Positions 14,238 to 27,931 of a DNA stretch of 64,000 nucleotides are shown here, piece by piece. The position numbers and the translations under genes are program-made. Position 1 is the first letter of the stretch, and each line of letters opens with the position of its first letter. Where the stretch lies: NCBI RefSeq assembly GCF_006345805.1, contig NC_042997.1, forward strand, positions 195,548,001-195,612,000, read 5' to 3'. Source of the stretch: Octopus sinensis (lineage: Eukaryota). Under the pieces are notes generated by a model that saw only the letters and a program-made list of their open reading frames with translations, did not search any database and was not told the DNA's origin.

Positions 14238-14385
14238 TATACATATATATATATATATATTATATATATAAATTCGGGGTGAGTACTTGTTTTTATTTTG
14301 ATTAATTTATATATATATATATATGCGCGCGCAGACATGCACATATATATTAAAGGAGGGCACACACACACACACACACATATAC

Positions 14386-14541
14386 TTTTCTACTCTAGGC
14401 ACAAGGCCCGACATTTTGGGGAAGGGAGACAGTCGATTAGATCGACCCCAGAACGCAACTGGTACTTAATTTATCTATCGCGGAAGGATAAAAGCAAAGT
14501 CGACCTCGGCGAAATTTGAACTCATAACGTAGTGGCAGACA
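14386..14541 (-). mobile_element. 5'-truncated S4 SINE (tail B)
   Basis: Core plus GGGCCTTGTGCCTAGAGTAGAAAAG tail on the minus strand. Confidence 0.8.
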
Positions 14542-15202
14542 GAAACACACACACATATACGAACACACACACACATATACGAACACACACACACACATAT
14601 ACGAACACACACACACACTGTATATATATATGTGTGCGTGCATAAATATACACACACATGTATTACCACTTGTAATCTAACTAATCCATTGTAAAGTATA
14701 AGTGTATAAGTACACATGTTTAAATATATGCATACAGGTATATATGCATAAACATACACGCGTACACATACATACATACATACATACATACATACATACA
14801 TACATACATACATACCGACGCACATATGGTGCGCAGAAACACATGTGCACTAACGCACTAACATATGCACACATACAAACACCTCCCATATGATTAAATA
14901 CTATAAAAATGCACTATATAATATATATACATATATATACATGAATATATGTGGACACACACACAAACATATTATATATATATTATATATATATTATATA
15001 TAAATATATATTAACATACATATATAATATATACATACATTATATATACATACTTACATATATATACATACATATACACACACACACATATGTAAACCCC
15101 TACGAATGTACTACAAAAATGCACTGTTTATATACTTGATATTTACATTATATTTGATATACAACATACATATACATACATACATATACATACATACATA
15201 TA

Positions 15203-15243
<41 letters not shown>

Positions 15244-15440
15244 TATATATATGTATATATATACGTATGCACAGACACACACACAGTTTATACATACCCA
15301 CGTGAATATATACAATAAAATGCAATAGTTATTATATATTAATATTTACATGTATGTTTCATATATATATATATATATACACACATATATATATGTATAT
15401 ATATGTACATATATATAAATATATATAATTCTATAGACAT

Positions 15441-15479
<39 letters not shown>

Positions 15480-16082
15480 CGAGCACAAATATACCTGTAT
15501 GCATGTGTATATGTATGGCTGCTTGTATGTCTGTTCGTATGAATAATCCCTTTTCTTGCAGCCTTTGTATTAAGGATTATATGAGAAAAGTCAATGGAAT
15601 AAGCTAATCAGAATTTTCTCGTTCTTCAATTCGAATTCTAAGTCTTCTTTTTCTAAAATATTCTAACCTTTTTTTCTTTACAGTTGCCGAGAAGAAAAAA
15701 TAGAAAAAAAAATAGATCAGACATAAAAAATAACCTCCACAAAAATACCCCCTCAACCCCACCCAACAAGCCTCCATATTTATTTTTTCAATCGAAAGTA
15801 CTTAAAACTTAAATACGAAAGCAGACGTTCCCAACTACCCCAGCCACGCCACGGAATAAAAAATAAAACGATTAAAAATTGCAACCTAAATATTGTGGAT
15901 TAACGAAAGGATAGAAAACTTAGATAAGAAATGCACTAAGACGAAATCAGTCTGCGGCAGTTGGCTTTCTGTATATGATTGTTTCATAACGAGAAGAGTT
16001 TAAACTTTGTTTCTTAAATGTTGCATAGTTTGGAAATGTCTGCCTAGATTTACAGTCTTTGTCACTGAATATCCGTAAACGG

Positions 16083-16256
16083 GCGCTCGCGCAGGAGTGG
16101 CTATGTGGTAAGAAGCTTGCCTCCTAGCCACATGGTTCCGGCTTCAGTCTCACTGCGTGGTCTCTTGGCCAAGTGTCTTCTACTACAGCTTTGGGCTAAC
16201 TAAAGACTTGTAGTGAATTTGGTAGATGGAAACTGAAAGATGCCCGTCGTATATAT
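16083..16256 (+). mobile_element. S3 SINE 5' half
   Basis: GCGCAGGAGTGGCTATGTGG...GAAACTGAAAGATGCCCGTCG then (TA). Confidence 0.8.
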
Positions 16257-16288
16257 ACTCTTTTACTCTATCTATCTGCCTCTTTCTC

Positions 16289-16365
<77 letters not shown>

Positions 16366-16366
16366 A

Positions 16367-16422
<56 letters not shown>

Positions 16423-16734
16423 CTTCTCTCTCTCTATCTATCTCCTCTCTCTCTATCTCCCGCTCTCTCTCTTTCCATCTTCCCCCCTCTCTCTCTGTCT
16501 ATCTACAGAAAGCACATTCCTGGAGATTATATGGGAGAGGCATATATATATTCGCGAATTATTGTAGTTGTAGTATATTTTACACCACATCTAATGACCT
16601 GACCGATCAGTTCTTCTTTCTTTTTTTCTTTTTTCTTTTTTCTTTTTTATTCCAGACTGAATGAGATAGCTGTAACAGCACTTTGAACGCATCCTGTTGA
16701 ACACTGCTTGTCACAGCTGACTACCTTGCAGAGT

Positions 16735-17508
16735 AGTTTGAGCCGTGAAGACAGCTTGGACGCTCACTATGCCATAAAGTTTTATGTGAAATCGGGCAGA
16801 AAAACCACAAAACGACCTTACGAAATGCTCCAGACAGCTAATGGATTAACTTTAAGATCGGGGCATCTGTTTTTCGACGCTACAAGAGTTTCAAGGACGG
16901 CACAGCGTGGCAGGGAGAAGGACGTCAGAACATCAGATTTGGGATCTTTTCGGTTGAACGGCAGAGTTTGTAACATAATTTTTTCTAGGTAAAAAAAATT
17001 TTAAACTCGTATACTGGTAGAATGTGTTTATAAAAAATCTTTTTCTCTTGGCTTTATTGAGAAAATTCTATAGTTTGTAAGATATGTTGTTTTTTTTCTT
17101 CAATTTCTGCAATTTCAACAATCAGTGACGTCTATTGAGGTAAAAAACATTCTGTGCCGTATGAATATGTCCCTGTTTAAGAACAGATTGGGTTTATTTA
17201 CATTTGTGAAAGAAAAAAAAGATACCCTTCCCACCCCAAACCTAACCCTAATCCTAACTAACCCTAACCCTAAAACAGATTGAAATACAATAGATCGATA
17301 CTAGGGTCATAATTATGGGTGACAATTTCATATGACACCGCTAGAAAAAACTGCCGTTCAAACCGATAAAATCCCAGATTTGATTGTGAAAATTCGCAGT
17401 TTTCTGAATGAAGATCGTTATGTGTCTACAAAGACATTTTAGAGATGGTGTGGCAGCTGTATACATAATTATTCATGAAGATCTGAACATGTGCAAAATT
17501 TGTGCAAT
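16735..17508 (+). pseudogene. Mariner transposase N-terminal (HTH) fossil interrupted by a TIR element
   Basis: YAIKFYVKSG...YEMLQTANG, VFRRYKSFKDG, then after the insertion FLNEDR and IIHEDLNMCKICA. Confidence 0.75.
16941..17375. mobile_element. Non-autonomous TIR element with 6-bp TSD and internal (CCCTAA)n
   Basis: TIR GGGATCTTTTCGGTTGAACGGCAG / CTGCCGTTCAAACCGATAAAATCCC; TSD AGATTT at 16935-16940 and 17376-17381. Confidence 0.9.
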
Positions 17509-17646
17509 ACGCATACATACACACATATAGACATATAGTATAGTTCGGGTTGGGTCGGTGTTGATTAAAAAGAACCGGAACGAAATGTGTTGATTAGTTA
17601 TAACGTCTAGCAAGAGGTGAAAAAGAGTTGCATCCAAAGGATTGAT

Positions 17647-18092
17647 GTCAGCTGTGGTTTGAGAGTGTCAGCTGTGTGTGTATATGTCTGTCGATCTCTA
17701 GTCCGGAAATGGGGTAGACCACTTAGCCAAAATGAATTTCCTTTCATGAGGACATCAACGAAATATTTCGCTTTTTGGGTTCGAGAAAGTATCTGGATCG
17801 TGTCAGCTGTGGTTTGAGAGTGTCAGATTGTGTGTATATGTCTGCCGATCTCTAGTCCGGAAATGGGGTAGACCACTTAGCCAAAATGAATTTCCTTTCA
17901 TGAGGACATCAACGAAATATCTCGCTTTTTGGGTTCGAGAAAGTATCTGGATCGTGTCAGCTCTGTGTGTATATGTCTGTTGATCTCTAGTCCGGAAATG
18001 GGGTGGACCACTTAGCCAAAATGAATTTCCTTTCGTGAGGACATCAATTAAATATCTCGCTTTTTGGGTTCGAGAAAGTACCCGGCTCGTGT
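17647..18092 (+). repeat. Three-copy ~155-bp tandem repeat
   Basis: GATCTCTAGTCCGGAAATGGGGTAGACCACTTAGCCAAAATG... three times. Confidence 0.95.
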
Positions 18093-18099
18093 GAATCTT

Positions 18100-18473
18100 A
18101 TAGAACGATTCTCCTCTCCACCAAACCAGGTTTACATCACTTACTTCCATTCAGATATTGTCCAGACCGTTGCTGCAGTGTTCAGGTTATATTGTACGTC
18201 GTTCTTTCCTCGTCTAATCGCTATATATAGCTGGTCAACGTTATAAAACTGCATCTCCCTTGGATTCTAAATGCGGATTTACAACTATTTAGCCAGGCCT
18301 CAAAGGTACCCTGCGTTGGCCCAACGTATTTCTGCGTGTATGCGTGTCGCTCTGCTTCGTAAGTCACGGCCTCTGTGTTACACTGGTCATTCACTGGGCT
18401 CTCACTATTAAACCTACATGAGCATCAAAGCTCCGTGCAGAGGCAGGATACCTTCTTTCTTTCTTTCTTTATT

Positions 18474-18508
<35 letters not shown>

Positions 18509-18510
18509 GT
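18100..18510 (+). mobile_element. Probable CR1/L2/Jockey-like LINE 3' end with (TTTC)n tail
   Basis: FRLYCTSFFPRLIAIYSWSTL resembles the SFFPRTxxxWNxL terminus; followed by a UTR and a TTTC tail. Confidence 0.5.
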
Positions 18511-18868
18511 TGTGCGTTTTTATGTTTGTTTCTGCGTTTCTTTCTCTCAGCAACAGAAAAAGAAGCATCACGAATTCCAGTTGGTGGTTATGGTGTTAAA
18601 CAGGGCGACACCGTTTGGTCTATCAAAATTCATCCTGTGTTTTCTCTTCGAATAGATTTGACTCTTTAGCCTATGCAAAAAAGAAGAACAAAAAAACAAC
18701 AACAAAAACACAAACAAACAAACAAAAAAGAAACAGAACATAATAAAACAAAACAAAACAAAATAAAAAAAAACAGAAAGGAAAACAAACAAATAACAAA
18801 AGAAAAGATCAAAACTCATGAGAAAAAAATCATTTTAAGTGATATTCAAATGTTTGAACAGTGGCAGC

Positions 18869-18909
<41 letters not shown>

Positions 18910-18967
18910 TATATGAATGTTTATATATATATATATAGATATATATATATATATATACTATATATAT

Positions 18968-19009
<42 letters not shown>

Positions 19010-19030
19010 TGTTTATATATATATATATAG

Positions 19031-19103
<73 letters not shown>

Positions 19104-19747
19104 TGTATATATATATATATGTATGTTTATATATATATATGTATATATACACACAATATACATAATGAAAGAAAAATAAATAAAAAAAATTGCAACATTA
19201 TAACAATTTTGTTCTCTAAGGAAGATAAGTCTATACATTTAAATGATATTTTGCTTAAAATGATATTTTTTTTTTTAAATATATTAACTTCAATGATAGA
19301 AATTTCTTCGGTGCATTGCGAAAAAATGATAAATTAAAGAGGTTCCTGTAAAAAATATATAATTTTACATAAAGGTTGTCTGCTTAATTTACTTAGAACG
19401 CTGTATTATGAGTTTAGGATAAAGACGATAACACTTCAAAGCGCTAAGGCAATTTACACATTAAATTTCTTAAAAGATCATTTATGCGTATTTTAAACAA
19501 AACCTCTACGATAAATAGATTGTCGTTTGAACTCTGTATTAATATCTCTGTTATGATGCAATGATCTAACATAGATTTATTTCTATATTTTTATTGCTCT
19601 TTATCACGGACTATCTAACTCTTTTACAACTTAAAACACACACATACACGCATGCACACACACATACAAACACACAAACACACGCACTCACACTGATATA
19701 TATATATTTGTGTACATACACACACACATATATCTATATATACATAA

Positions 19748-19778
<31 letters not shown>

Positions 19779-19810
19779 CATACATACATAGATATATATA
19801 TATGAATGTA

Positions 19811-19877
<67 letters not shown>

Positions 19878-20495
19878 ACACACACACATATATATATACA
19901 CATATATATATACATATATGTGTGTGTCTGTGTGTCCAATCGCACAAAGAAAGTCATATGCACAAACCCACGACGGATATATATATATATACCTTCATCT
20001 AAATTAAGACAGATATATCATCGTATATTAACAAGTTAAGTACTCTTACATATATGCGTACACGCACACACACAAGCACACACACACAAACAAACAAACA
20101 CACACACACACTCACACACACACACACACACACACAACAAACAAACACGCACGCACACGCACGCACATATACACATATTAGTATATCTTGGATACAGTAT
20201 TATTTAAAACATTAATGCTTAAACACACGGCTTTGCGAAGTCTTTTGACCAATGTAATGTTAAGCCGCTTGGGCTTTGCAACAACTTTTCGGATCAGTGA
20301 GAGCCGTGTTATGTATTAATGTTCATAAGCTAATGTTTTTGCTCCATCAAAAACCATAATCAGAGCTGATGATGATTTTGGATGGGGTTAATTGCGTTGA
20401 GTATGTTGGTATTAGTTATGGGAGAATTAACATTAAAGAAATATATACTACAATTCGTTGAAACAGTATTGTCAATGATCGTAATGTATTGGTAA

Positions 20496-20798
20496 GGAGT
20501 GGCTGTGTGGTAAGTAGCTTGTTTACCAACCGCATGGTTCCAGGTTCAGTCCCACTGCGTGGCACCTTGGGCAAGTGTTGTCTACTATAGCCTCGGGTCG
20601 ACCAAAGCCTTGTGAGTGGGTTTGGTGTGTGTGTGTGTATGTTCGAGTGGATGTGTATGTGTTTGTGTGTCTATGTTTGTCTCCCCAACATCGCTTGACA
20701 ACCGATGCTGGTGTGTTTACGTTCCCGTAACTTAGCGGTTACCAAAGCCTTGTGAGTGGATTTGGTAGACGGAAACTGAAAGAAGCCCGTCGTATATA

Positions 20799-20850
<52 letters not shown>

Positions 20851-20919
20851 ATATATAGATATATTTATTTATATATATATATATATCTATATATATATAT
20901 ATATCTATATATCTATCTA

Positions 20920-20956
<37 letters not shown>

Positions 20957-21177
20957 GTATATGTTTGTGTGTCTGTGTTTGACCCCCCCAATATCGCTTG
21001 ATAACCGATGGTGGTGTGTTTACGTTCCCGGAACTTAGCGGTTCGGCAAAAGAGACCGATAGAGTAAGTACTAAGCTTGCAAAGAATAAGTCCTGGGGTC
21101 GACTTGCTCGACTAAAGGCGGTGCTCCAGCATGGCCACAGTCAAATGACTGAAACAAGTAAAAGAGTAAAAGAGTAA
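20496..21177 (+). mobile_element. S3 SINE with internal partial duplication
   Basis: ACCAAAGCCTTGTGAGTGG...CTTAGCGGTT segment occurs twice; full tail. Confidence 0.9.
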
Positions 21178-21684
21178 GCCACACAAGTGACTAGTGTTCG
21201 ATTCATGGCCGGAGGAGAGGGGCTTAGATTTTTCTGAACCATCGAGGGAGTCTCTACGTGGTTATTGCACCGAATAGAAAGAGCAGAGCAGAGCAGTCAA
21301 ATCTTGCTGAAATCACATGCTAATGTCTTTGAAAAAGAAGGAAACTCTGGATAATGTTGTTCTAGGTTTACTGTGCCTCAGAGACAGATAGGGTGGTTGC
21401 GGTTGGAATGTCGTTCGTTGATCATAGAACACCTTAGGGCTAAACTACAGCAAAAACAGCAACAACATTATTCTAGTCATACTATGGTTGAATATAGTCG
21501 TAGTTTTATATATTTTTTATCGTTGTTCCGGTGGTGGTGGTGGGGGGGAGCAGTGTCCATGACTCCTTGCAGGGCCTCCGTAGCACCGAGGCTGGGAGTG
21601 ACACCCCCCCACCCCCAAAAAAATCAGGAAGTAGGCCTGAATGCTTGCAGCCGAGTGACCACTAAAACCATCCAAAGATGTTAA

Positions 21685-22437
21685 ACAGGCACTCCATCGG
21701 TGATGACGCCAAGGGTTCCAGCCTGCTCGTGAAATTAAGGTGCAAGTGGTTGAGCACTCCACAGACACGTGAACCCTTATCATTGTTCTCAGAGAGATTC
21801 ACTGTGACACAGAATATGACAAAGTGGTGAGCTCGCAGAAACGTTAGCACGCCGGGCGAAATGCTTAGCGGTTTGTCCTCTCTGTGTTTAGCTCCTTGTG
21901 GGTAGTAAAGAAATAGGTATTTCGTTTGCCGCTACGTTCTGAGTTCAAATTCCGCCGAAGTCGACTTTGCTTTTCATCCTTTCGGGCTCGATAAACTAAG
22001 TACCAGTTACGCACTGGGGTCGATGTAATTGACTTAATCCCTTTGTCTGTCCTTGTTTGTCCTCTCTATGTTTAGCCCCTTGTGGGCAATAAAGAAATAG
22101 GTATTTCGTTTGCCGCTACGTTCTGAGTTCAAATTCCGCCGAGGTCGACTTTGCTTTTCATCCTTTCGGGCTCGATAAACTAAGTACCAGTTACGCACTG
22201 GGGTCGATGTAATCGACTTAATCCCTTTGTCTGTCCTTGTTTGTCCTCTCTATGTTTAGCCCCTTGTGGGCAATAAAGAAATAAAAATTTGACAAAGCTG
22301 GTCTTTTGAAATACAGCTACTATTCATGTTTGCCAGGATCGGAGCAACGTGAAATAAAGTGTCTTGGTCATGAGCACAACGCGCCGCTGGGAACCGAACT
22401 CACCTTGCGATTGTGAACTGAATGCTTCTAACCACGA
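21685..22437 (-). mobile_element. S2 SINE (S1-type tail) interrupted by an S4 multimer
   Basis: Tail 21685-21824, head 22284-22437. Confidence 0.75.
21825..22283 (+). mobile_element. S4 multimer (deleted first unit plus two near-identical 185-bp units)
   Basis: TSD ARAATWTGACAAAG at 21811-21824 and 22284-22297. Confidence 0.9.
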
Positions 22438-22899
22438 AAACTACTACACAAGAAAGCTAAAGTGGGATTTGAACGCAGATCGCAAATACCGCGTTGTAGC
22501 CTGTTCACTACCTAAGACAAGTATTAAATTTATATATTTATTGATCTCGGAAAGATCAAGTTGAAGTCGACCGGCGGGATTTCAACACAAAAAGCCAGAA
22601 TAATCACCGACGTTTTAACAACTGCGAAAAAAAAACTATGGTTGGAATGTCTTTGATTCCATGTCTACCGTATCAAAGTTTACCTGGAGCGAAAGCACAA
22701 CAGTGCGCCGAATGAAATGAAAGAAAAAGACATTTGACTAGAAGTTTCGCTATTGAAAGTTGGCATGAGAAAGTCTGACAAAAAAAATGAAACCAGTTGT
22801 ATCACACTCGAAATTTCACAGAGTAGCCATTTTGGATAATTCATTTGTTATCTATATTGGCCTTTTTGTTAGAAACCATTTTTTTATATAAAAATATTG

Positions 22900-25092
22900 A
22901 GAAATACACATATCCATTAGTACATATCTTATTCTGAAATTCGTTTCCAGGACTCAGTTGTATGTTGAGATTTGCGTCTTGTTTTTATACACAGTTCTTC
23001 CTGTAATTCTATTAGTTCCATTTTCATGACAGAAAATTCTGTAACAGAGGTTCGTGAATTGGACAACTATCATTGATCATACCAAATATGAATGGATTCG
23101 CAAAAGAGGTGAAGCATGGCTTCTGCACTGCAAAAAATTATGAAGCATTTCTTGTAATTATTTTTGTATTTTTCCACTTTGTCGTCTTTTTGTTTAATAT
23201 CAGGTAACTTATTTACTTTCCTACTGAAATTAGGAAAGTGACTGAAGTTTCTTGACAATATGTCACTTTAAAGCATTTTTGTTTCATTCTGAAAGCTGGA
23301 AGTTGTGTGAGTAAGACCAGAAATAATTTTATCCTTCCCTTGGAATGTCAAGTTGAGAGTTTGTAGATGATTCATAACATCACTAATGAACATCAGCTCT
23401 TGCAGTTATCCATCATTTTGAGATTGAGACTAGAATATCTTCTTTTCTTTAAAGGAAAGTGATAATATACTCCAACATATTCGCAACACCCTTGAAAACA
23501 TTTTGCTGTTGACAGAACGCACGAAGAAGTAGAGAGCACTATCAGTGGATTTACCATCAAGATTCAATTCTTCGAAATATAAAAAAATCAGAAATGTTGG
23601 CGAGTTTTCCCATTTCAGGATATGAAATTAATAACTTCAAGTGTCGCTGACCATAATATCGCCACACTTTAAATATCTGGCTACCAGAAGCTCACGATGA
23701 ATAATGAAATTATCAGGGGTGATGGTTTGGAAAACCGAGAATCCTTTTTGTAAGTGCAACTAATTCTGCATCTCCCATTCACACTCCAGGTACATCGTCT
23801 GCTATGACACCGACGAGTTCTTCAGAGAAGATTAGCTTTCATTAAAGCTCTGTGAAACGTATGTTTGATGTTAGCATCACAGTCAGTTTCTTTTGCTGGC
23901 CATAAGGTTAATATCACACCAGACAAAATGCTTGGCAGTATTTTTACCAGCTGTTTATGTTCTGAGCTCAAATGTCACCGAGGTCGATTTTGCTGTCCAT
24001 CCTTTTGCGATCGATAAAAAAATAAGCACTAGTGAGGTATTGTATCGATGTAATTAACTTAATCCACCACCCAGAATTGATGGCCTTGTTCCAAAATAAA
24101 AAAAAGGAAAAAAGAAAGAAAAATATGTTTTCTTTCACAGGAGTGGCTGTGTGGTAAGTAGCTTGCTAACCAACCACATGGTACCGGGTTCAGTCCACTG
24201 CGTGGCATCTTGGGCAAGTGTCTTCTGCTATAGCCCCGGGCCGACCAATGCCTTGTGAGTGGATTTGGTAGACGGAAACTGAAAGAAACCTGTCGTATAT
24301 ATGTATATATATATATATATAAGTGTGTGTGTATATGTTTTTGTGTCTGTGTTTGTCCCCCTAGCATTGCTTGACAACCGATGCTGGTGTGTTTACGTCC
24401 CCGTCACTTAGCGGTTCGACAAAAAGAGACCGATAGAATAAGTACTGGGCTTACAAAGAATAAGTCCCGGGGTCGATTTGTTCGACTAAAGGCGGTGCTC
24501 CAGCATGGCCGCAGTCAAATGACTGAAACAAGTAAAAGATAAAAGAAAGATAAAAAATAAAGAATTACATAAGAGAAAACATTTATCTGTAGTTAAATTG
24601 AATTTGAAAGAATTCTTAAAAATCATTTTGCATTTTACTTGAAACAACGGCACTGATCTGTGAGATATATTTCTCTGTGGCGCGGTATGAAACTAGTGTT
24701 TGTAACATTAGTCTACTTCAATATTTTTCTAAGTAAATTCACCATCAAAATATGAATTTGCTATATATATATAGGCGAGAGATTTTTCCGTAACAAAACC
24801 AGCTTCAGCCATTGTATCGGACGATGTCAATAGTGCCTATTGCATATTTAGGAAATGATTGTAATACAGTGAACTTTTTAAAGTTATCATTTAAGTGGAT
24901 AATCACACGAAATATTTTTGAGAATTGCTTCACCACCGTGTTTCAAATTACAGGATTTATAATGGTTAAGCGATGCAAATATTAGATAAGATACGAAAGT
25001 TTACCTTCTATAACGGTGAATGCAAAATCAATCTTCCATTCATTCTAGCTTAAAATTTCAGTTTTTATCTTGATATTTCCGTTTCTTATAAT
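22900..25092 (-). pseudogene. hAT (SPIN/GTF2IRD2-like) transposase fossil split by SINEs
   Basis: Minus-strand peptides KKRKYQD...DFAFTVIEGK...HYKSCNLKH, FIIHRELLVA, LNLTFQGKDKII, SRNFSHFPNF, MELIELQEE. Confidence 0.75.
24138..24552 (+). mobile_element. S3 SINE, near full length
   Basis: Head, internal TA/TG repeat and tail intact. Confidence 0.92.
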
Positions 25093-25643
25093 TTGGTGAT
25101 ACCTTCCTTCACAAAATATTCACAGACAATTGGAGACAAAACTTGTATCCAAAATACTCCAGCGTGCTCTAACCCGATTACACTTTATATGAATCATATA
25201 CAACAAATAAATACTTTCATTCTACACAATTTCATAACTTTCTATCTTTCTAATAAACGTTTTAAAGTTATTTCACTATTTATATATCACGCTCATTCAT
25301 ATAAAATGTTAGAGAAAATATATAAACTCGGGGAAGACTGGTCGGTAAGTGACTCGATCTACTATTTACTTCTTTCTAATAAATATTTTAAAGTTATTTT
25401 ATTATTACTTACTTATATATATATTTTCTATAAATGTTTAAGAGCTTAAGAAAACAAGATGGTGGCTGGTGGTTTAAGTTATTGATCTTATTTTACTGTC
25501 TAAGTTATTTCACTTGATCTAAGTTGTTTCAATACATATTGACTTCGATATTTCTTATAAATGTTTAAGATTTATTCCAATATATTTCCTCTATTGGTTT
25601 CCATATATTCCATTTGTTGAAGGAGCTGTGTGAAGGAGCTGCG

Positions 25644-25970
25644 TGGAGACGCGTGGCTTAGAGGTTAGAGGTATTCGGTTCACGATCGTTAGGTCGTGGG
25701 TTCGATAACCCGCGGCGCGTTATGTCCTTGAGCAAGAAATTTTATTTCACGTTGCTCCAGTCCACTCACCTGGTAAAAATAAGTTGTACCCGTAATTCAA
25801 AAGGGACCACCCTTGTCACATTCTGTGTCAAGCTGAAACTCCCTGAGATCAACGTAATGGGTACGTGTGTTCCTTTAATGTTCAACCCCTTAGACGTTAA
25901 TTTCACGATTAAGCTGTTCCGTTGATCGGATCAACGGGAACCCTCGTCGTCGTAATCGACGGAGTACCAG
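25644..25970 (+). mobile_element. S2 SINE with S1-type tail
   Basis: A/B boxes, CORE-like segment, GGAACCCTCGTCGTCGTAATCGACGGAGT end. Confidence 0.85.
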
Positions 25971-26023
25971 TTATTATGAGCTACATAGAGGCTCTGTTAT
26001 CGTTGTTATTATTTAGCAACTCA

Positions 26024-26342
26024 CTACGTTCTGAGTTCAAATTCCGCCGAGGTCGACTTTGCCTTTCATCCTTTCGGGGTCAATAAATTAAGTATCAGTG
26101 AAATACTGGGGTCGAGGTAATCGACTCATCTCCTTCTCCCAAAATTTCAGGCCTTGTGTCTAAAGTAGAAAGGATTATTCAGCAACATACTACGTTCTGA
26201 GTTCAAATTCTGCCGAGGTCGACTTTGCCTTTCATCCTTTCGGGGTCGATAAATTAAGTACCAGTGAAACACTGGGGGGGGGGGCGACTAATCGACTAGT
26301 CCGTTCCCCACAATTTCAGGCCTTGTGCCTATAGTAGAAAGG
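26024..26342 (+). mobile_element. Two tandem 5'-truncated S4 copies (tail B)
   Basis: Each starts at CTACGTTCTGAG; separated and flanked by ATTATTTAGCAACTCA-like repeats. Confidence 0.88.
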
Positions 26343-26607
26343 ATTATTTAGCAACTCATAATAAAAGACATTCCAGTTGTGACCACCTTGCATTTTTCGC
26401 ATGTACTAGGAACGCAGGATCCCTTTATTCAGTATGTAATTTTTATGACGGTACAAAGGAGTGATCCGAGAAAGATTTGGCTGCTATTTCTTGAAAGTCA
26501 AGCGGTCACATTGATGCTCCTCCATTGGCTTCTATAGGCCACTAAGCATTTTGCTCGGAGTGCAAACAGTTCTACCAGCTCACAGCTTTATATATAGCGT
26601 AAATATT

Positions 26608-27004
26608 GATTTCATTTTAAATTTTGACGCAAGCAGTTTCATGGGAGGGGATTAATCGATTACATCGACCCCAGTGTTCAACTGGTACTTGATTTATCGA
26701 GCCCGAAAGAATGAAAGGCAAAGTCGACGCCGGCGAAATTTGAACTCAGAACATAAAGACAGACGAAATACCTATTTCTTTAATACCCACAGGGGGCCAA
26801 ACTCAGAGGAGACAAACAAGGACAGACATACGGATTAAGTCGATTATATCGACCCCAGTGCGTCACTGGTACTTATTTAATCGACTCCGAAAGGATGAAA
26901 GGCAAAGTCAACCTCGGCGGAAGTTGAACTCAGAACGTAGTGGCAGACGAAATACGACTACGCATTTCGCCCGGTGTGCTAACGTTTCTGCCAGCTCGTA
27001 GCCT
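26608..27004 (-). mobile_element. S4 SINE dimer
   Basis: Head at 27004, fixed junction at ~26770. Confidence 0.88.
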
Positions 27005-27128
27005 TATATATAGCATAAATATTCTTTTCAACTCCAGGTACAAGGCCCGAAATTTTTGGGGAGGGGCCAGTCAATTACATCGACTCCAGTACGCAAATGA
27101 TAGTTAGTTTATCGACCCCGATACGATG

Positions 27129-27447
27129 AATGACCATGGGATTGCACCTAGAAAGTTACCTTCCCAGGCACAAGTCCGGGCAAGGTTGTTTATGGAAGGC
27201 CACCATACCAGCCCTTGCATATCAGCCTCCCCTCTCCACACCACTGATGTTATCCAAGGGAAAGGCAAAGGCTGATACAGCTTGGCACCAGTAATGTCGC
27301 AACTCATTTCTACAGCTGAGTTAACTGGAGCAACGTGAAATAAAGTGTCTTGCTCAAGAACACAACACGCAGCCCTATTTGGGAATCCAACTCACAACCT
27401 CACGATCGTAAGCTCGACGCTCTAACCACTGAACCATGCGCCTTCAC
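27129..27447 (-). mobile_element. S2 SINE with a third tail type, nested in an S4 copy (27024-27455)
   Basis: S2 head at 27447; tail ...CTTTCTAGGTGCAATCCCATGGTC; related copy at 61636. Confidence 0.8.
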
Positions 27448-27931
27448 GCCGCCTCACATATAGCATAAATATTAAGACTTAACTGATAGCGGTGCGCTAG
27501 GAGAATCGTTAGCACGCCTTTCAAAAAATGCATCGCGGTGTTTCGTACGTCTTTGCTTTTGTGAGATCAAATGCTGTCGGCTTTGCTTTTCATATTTTCG
27601 GAGTCGATAAAAAAAGAGTACCACGTGAAAACTGAAGTCGATGTAAAGGATTTAACCCTTCCCACCAAATTGCTGGTATTGTACCAGAACCAATATTAAG
27701 ATTTATATATTTGTTTTGCAAGATTTTTGATGTGAAATCGTGTGTTGAAACAGATGTTGTATTTAGGAATGGTTATTTTGCCAGTTTAGCCAATAAAAAC
27801 ACTAACTAAACATAGCCACACATAGAGATATACGCATGCGCAAATGAAGACACATACAATAGGAATACAAAATACAAAATGGCTGACCGTTAGTAAGGAG
27901 AGACACACAAATAAGAAAGAAGAAAGCAAAG

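Noticed and set aside
17239-17273. True telomere or chromosome-fusion scar
   Set aside because: Only a few degenerate units, enclosed in a TIR element with a TSD
17647-18092. CRISPR-like array
   Set aside because: Units are ~155-bp tandem copies without unique spacers; eukaryotic context, no cas genes
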